Source: a virus. Taken from it: DNA of 35,866 nucleotides. The number at the start of each line of letters is the position of its first letter. Within the stretch, counting starts at the first letter, position 1. A program made the translations under genes and the position numbers. Positions 33,548-35,866 of this stretch are shown here, one piece after another. The DNA is taken from positions 1-35,866 of the IMG/VR virus record IMGVR_UViG_3300030098_000917; one strand, written 5' to 3'. A model generated the notes under the pieces. That model was not told the origin of the DNA and made no database searches. It worked only from the letters and a program-made list of their open reading frames with translations.

Positions 33548-33702
33548 GCGTCACCTCCTGCCTGGCAGTCCACAGATTCCTCGGAACATTTTTCCAAGCT
33601 TTTTTCGGCATCTTCAAGTTCAAAAAATGGACCGTCAATAAATCCATGACCATCAACAACCCAAAATCCACTTGACCGTTCGACGATTTCGAACTCGTTC
33701 AT
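33544..33702 (-). CDS. Early hypothetical acidic protein (52 aa)
   Basis: Hand-translated as MNEFEIVERSSGFWVVDGHGFIDGPFFELEDAEKSLEKCSEESVDCQAGGDA. The conserved cassette bounds it on both sides. Confidence 0.55.
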   Translation of the reverse strand: MNEFEIVERSSGFWVVDGHGFIDGPFFELEDAEKSLEKCSEESVDCQAGGDA

Positions 33703-34049
33703 GCGTCACCTCCTGTAAGTAACTCCATGATATCGTCGGGTTTGGGTATTCCGGTAGCTTTGGCGATGGCGGCACGGGCTGTAGAAATGGCCCACACCTC
33801 CTCGGGGTATCTATCCTCGGGCTCCTTACCACACTCGTCAAACAGGTGGACCATGTAGATCAGTTCGTCCAGAAGATCACGAAAGGCCGCGATGTTGTAG
33901 GTGCCTATCGGAGTACCTGGGAGGTCGGCTAAGTCTCCACACTCATAAATCGCATCACCCTGCTCTTGACTAATAACGTGCAAGGTGGCCCCATGAGCAT
34001 CACTCCAAGTTTCCCCGTCGTCCAATACTACGATTGTTCCGGTGCTCAT
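33699..34049 (-). CDS. Early, strongly acidic protein (116 aa)
   Basis: The conserved cassette is present at both ends. The protein is rich in Asp and Glu throughout and ends ...LLTGGDA. Confidence 0.65.
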   Translation of the reverse strand: MSTGTIVVLDDGETWSDAHGATLHVISQEQGDAIYECGDLADLPGTPIGTYNIAAFRDLLDELIYMVHLFDECGKEPEDRYPEEVWAISTARAAIAKATGIPKPDDIMELLTGGDA

Positions 34050-34270
34050 GCGTCACCTCCTGGCTGCTCGGTCTCGCCAAGGTGCCGCCGAAGGCCTCGG
34101 AGGGCCCGCTGAGCTTCAGTCGGGGTGAGGACCGCACCGACACGATGCGCCCCGTACTTGCCATCAGCGACGTAGGCGGCTTCATTTCGGTCGGGCCTGC
34201 GGCCTACGGTTCCAATCGTCCCGTTGGACAATACGATGTAGTAGCGGAATGGCCATTCTGATTCTGGCAT
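34046..34270 (-). CDS. Early hypothetical protein (74 aa)
   Basis: The start is trimmed to MPESEWPF (ATG 34270), downstream of AGGAG. The protein ends ...EQPGGDA in the conserved cassette. Confidence 0.55.
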   Translation of the reverse strand: MPESEWPFRYYIVLSNGTIGTVGRRPDRNEAAYVADGKYGAHRVGAVLTPTEAQRALRGLRRHLGETEQPGGDA

Positions 34271-34415
34271 GCGTGGTTTCTCCTGAAGTGCTCCGGCCCA
34301 GGGGCCGAAAGGTGAATGGTGTTTTTGGCCTGATACGGCCATGCGCCGATGCTGTTTTCGGCTGGCTAGATCGTTTCCCCTACCCCCCGGCGACAAGCTG
34401 AGGAGCTGAAACGAC

Positions 34416-34437
34416 CCCGCACCGTTTCCGGTACGGG
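34416..34437 (-). other. GNRA-tetraloop hairpin just after the stop of ORF 34447..34677
   Basis: The minus-strand RNA is CCCGUACCG-GAAA-CGGUGCGGG followed by GUCGUUUCAG. The U-G wobble exists only on this strand. The U-tract is weak, so a terminator role is uncertain. Confidence 0.35.
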
Positions 34438-34446
34438 CTCGGGTAA

Positions 34447-34677
34447 TCAGTGATAGTCCTGCGCGGCTTCGACAGCTTCCGATTCGGTTTCAAAAGGTCC
34501 GAAAGGTGACGACTCCGGCAAGCATCCCGGGAAGCACCACCAGAAGTAGAACCCCGGTTCCATCGAGGGATCATCGACGTGGTGATCGTAGTCAGTCCAC
34601 CAGAATACTTCGACATCCGGCAGCGCGTTGGGGTCTGCTTCTCGGGCTGGATCGCTGTAGATTCTCATTGGTTTCAT
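34447..34677 (-). CDS. Early acidic Trp-rich protein (73-76 aa)
   Basis: MKPMRIYSDP...FWWTDYDHH...GFYFWWCFPGCLPESSPFGPFETESEA. There are two in-frame ATGs, at 34677 and 34668. The second has the better spacing to GAGGA. Confidence 0.6.
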   Translation of the reverse strand: MKPMRIYSDPAREADPNALPDVEVFWWTDYDHHVDDPSMEPGFYFWWCFPGCLPESSPFGPFETESEAVEAAQDYH

Positions 34678-34693
34678 CCTCGATTGTATGGGG

Positions 34694-34840
34694 TCACTTG
34701 TTCCGCTTGCGTTCTGACTCGCGGCGTGCGTCGCCGTTGCACTCCTCGTCCAGACGTTCTACGTGGGGCTCCAGCCACTTGCACAGGGCGACGAGCAGCA
34801 GCATGGCGAGGAAGACGATGATGATCGGTGTGGGGTTCAT
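34694..34840 (-). CDS. 48-aa single-TM micro-protein
   Basis: Hand-trimmed to MNPTPIIIVFLAMLLLVALCKWLEPHVERLDEECNGDARRESERKRNK. The start is in the ATGA overlap with the upstream ORF, after GGAGGTGCTGC. Confidence 0.55.
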   Translation of the reverse strand: MNPTPIIIVFLAMLLLVALCKWLEPHVERLDEECNGDARRESERKRNK

Positions 34841-35094
34841 GCAGCACCTCCAGTCATCACGGTAATGTTGTGGAAGCCCACTGGAGCGATGGCAACGATC
34901 CCCCAATCGCTGGCGATGAAATCTTCCCCTTTGTTCCTGCGAACGTCCCCTAGCTCCCAAACGGCTTCCGCAAAGGTCAGGAAGTACGGCTCGCCGGTGT
35001 CGGGGTCGGTGTCGATCATCAGGTCGCCCTTGTGGGTCAACGTGAAAGAACGGGATTGGGGATCAAGTTCGGTCTGGACTTTCTGAATATCCAT
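34837..35094 (-). CDS. Early acidic hypothetical protein (85 aa)
   Basis: ATG 35094 is preceded by GAGGATGAAACC. The protein ends ...VMTGGAA in a variant of the conserved junction cassette. Confidence 0.6.
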   Translation of the reverse strand: MDIQKVQTELDPQSRSFTLTHKGDLMIDTDPDTGEPYFLTFAEAVWELGDVRRNKGEDFIASDWGIVAIAPVGFHNITVMTGGAA

Positions 35095-35181
35095 GGTTTC
35101 ATCCTCATGGGTTAGGGCTCTCGGGAATCGAGGGCCGGTCAGCCCACCGCCCCGTAGGGCGGCAGGTGGCCGGTCGTCGGG

Positions 35182-35415
35182 TCAGTTGCAGTTGAACGAG
35201 ATCCGGCAGCCCTCGAATGCGATCCGATTGGACCGGATGCGGGTGCGGGCTCCGTTGAGAGTGTAGGGGAATCGGTCCATCGGGTGGGGGCTCCAGGCCT
35301 GCTCCCCAGTGCATCCGGTGTAGTAGTGGCCGGCGGCGTTGCGGATGGAGTAGGGCGCATCGGCGACGATGGGACGGTAGATGCCGGAATCGGCGTACAT
35401 CGGTTCGGTGGTCAT
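35182..35415 (-). CDS. First early-operon protein candidate (77 aa, Cys-containing)
   Basis: The start is trimmed to MTTEPMYADSGIYRP (ATG 35415), 7 nt after AGGAG. Its composition is more protein-like than the overlapping 185-aa ORF. Confidence 0.5.
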   Translation of the reverse strand: MTTEPMYADSGIYRPIVADAPYSIRNAAGHYYTGCTGEQAWSPHPMDRFPYTLNGARTRIRSNRIAFEGCRISFNCN

Positions 35416-35465
35416 GGTGTTGCTCCTGTTCGCCCAGCGGACCATTCCACCGGGGCATGTGATGC

Positions 35466-35493
35466 ATCATCGGATCATCCAGTCCGATGTCAA
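35466..35493 (-). promoter_or_regulatory. Sigma70-like early promoter candidate
   Basis: On the minus strand, a perfect TTGACA (35493..35488) is followed by a 16-nt spacer and GATGAT (35471..35466). It lies about 50 nt upstream of the ATG at 35415. Confidence 0.35.
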
Positions 35494-35678
35494 GAGGCAA
35501 ACCCAACCGATTTGCAAAAAGAATCGAGACGTCCCACAAGAGGGAGACGCCTCGATCATTCGAGCATTCGGATGGATGGATGGTGCTGCATCGGATCGTA
35601 GGTCCGGTGCTGATCGGCAGTGGTGCTGCTGTAGAGGCTGATTCAGTCTCCAGCAGTGGCAAACTGCCCTCCTCCCAG

Positions 35679-35708
35679 TGGCCTAGAATGGCCTAGAGAG
35701 GGTACCCT
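35679..35708. promoter_or_regulatory. Possible operator: tandem 9-nt direct repeat plus a 10-bp perfect palindrome
   Basis: TGGCCTAGA occurs at 35679..35687 and again at 35689..35697, a 10-nt period. The palindrome AGGGTACCCT follows at 35699..35708. A TTGACC hexamer (minus strand, 35718..35713) is adjacent. Confidence 0.35.
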
Positions 35709-35737
35709 ACGGGGTCAAATAGCAGCTACGCTATGCG

Positions 35738-35766
35738 TATATAGGCACTCAGATTTTTCAGCCCAA
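35738..35766 (-). promoter_or_regulatory. Sigma70-like promoter candidate at the start of the early region
   Basis: On the minus strand, TTGGGC (35766..35761) is followed by a 17-nt spacer and TATATA (35743..35738). Confidence 0.3.
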
Positions 35767-35767
35767 A

Positions 35768-35866
35768 AGTCCGCAGACCACGGACCAGGCTATGTCACTT
35801 ATGATGATCAGTCGGGGCCATAGGAGCATTGTCATCGTGGATCACCTCCATCTTCCTGATGACCCC
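35768..35866. repeat. Terminal overlap, copy 2, identical to 1..99
   Basis: Same comparison as for copy 1. It contains a partial duplicate of the 3' end of ORF 28..300. Confidence 0.95.

Noticed and set aside
35105-35662. 185-aa minus-strand ORF with a TTG start 5 nt after GGAGGAGGG
   Set aside because: The product is R/P/H-rich and looks non-protein-like. It overlaps the better-supported 77-aa ORF (35182..35415), its RBS and a perfect TTGACA promoter hexamer. The strong SD before the TTG is notable, so a short leader peptide cannot be excluded, but I do not call the 185-aa product.
35713-35718. TTGACC hexamer considered as the -35 element of a third early promoter
   Set aside because: The hexamer 17 nt downstream is TAGGCC, a poor -10. 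I keep it only as context for the adjacent palindrome and repeat operator candidate.

Overview
The window looks like a complete, circularly closed genome of a T7-like (Autographiviridae-type) podovirus. Bases 1..99 are identical to 35768..35866. Every credible gene is on the minus strand, and the plus-strand ORFs in the track read as antisense shadows in fairly GC-rich DNA. In transcription order (high to low coordinates) the layout is as follows. (1) An early regulatory region and an operon of very small genes (35770 to 33255). (2) An insulated lysogeny cassette of MarR-like wHTH, tyrosine integrase and a full-length tRNA-Leu(UAA). (3) A single-subunit RNA polymerase. (4) A replication module: gp2.5-like SSB, RusA, a small HTH, primase-helicase, an SLT lysozyme, a sigma-r4-like HTH, a C5 DNA methyltransferase, family A DNA polymerase, a PD-(D/E)XK nuclease, a 5'-3' exonuclease and DUF1599. 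(5) A T7-ordered structural module: portal, scaffold, capsid, tail tubular A and B, internal virion proteins, tail fibre, TerS and TerL. (6) A 289-bp AT-rich repeat-laden non-coding region (543..831). All functional calls rest on motifs I recognise by eye in the translations and on T7 gene-order synteny; no database search was possible. The observations I rate highest are: (a) a C5-methyltransferase whose central target-recognition segment is encoded in the +1 frame while the annotated frame stays open; (b) a lysozyme gene whose possible 5' extension, with a Shine-Dalgarno and a signal-anchor, is overprinted on the helicase C-terminus; (c) a 15-17 nt junction cassette, CAGGAGGTGACGCATGA, reused at five consecutive early-gene boundaries; (d) the 543..831 region, which has 11 co-oriented AGAC motifs and an SP6/T7-like promoter sequence and may be the concatemer-junction/packaging region; and (e) a lysogeny cassette, bounded by hairpin terminators and with its own sigma70-like promoter, inside a T7-like genome.
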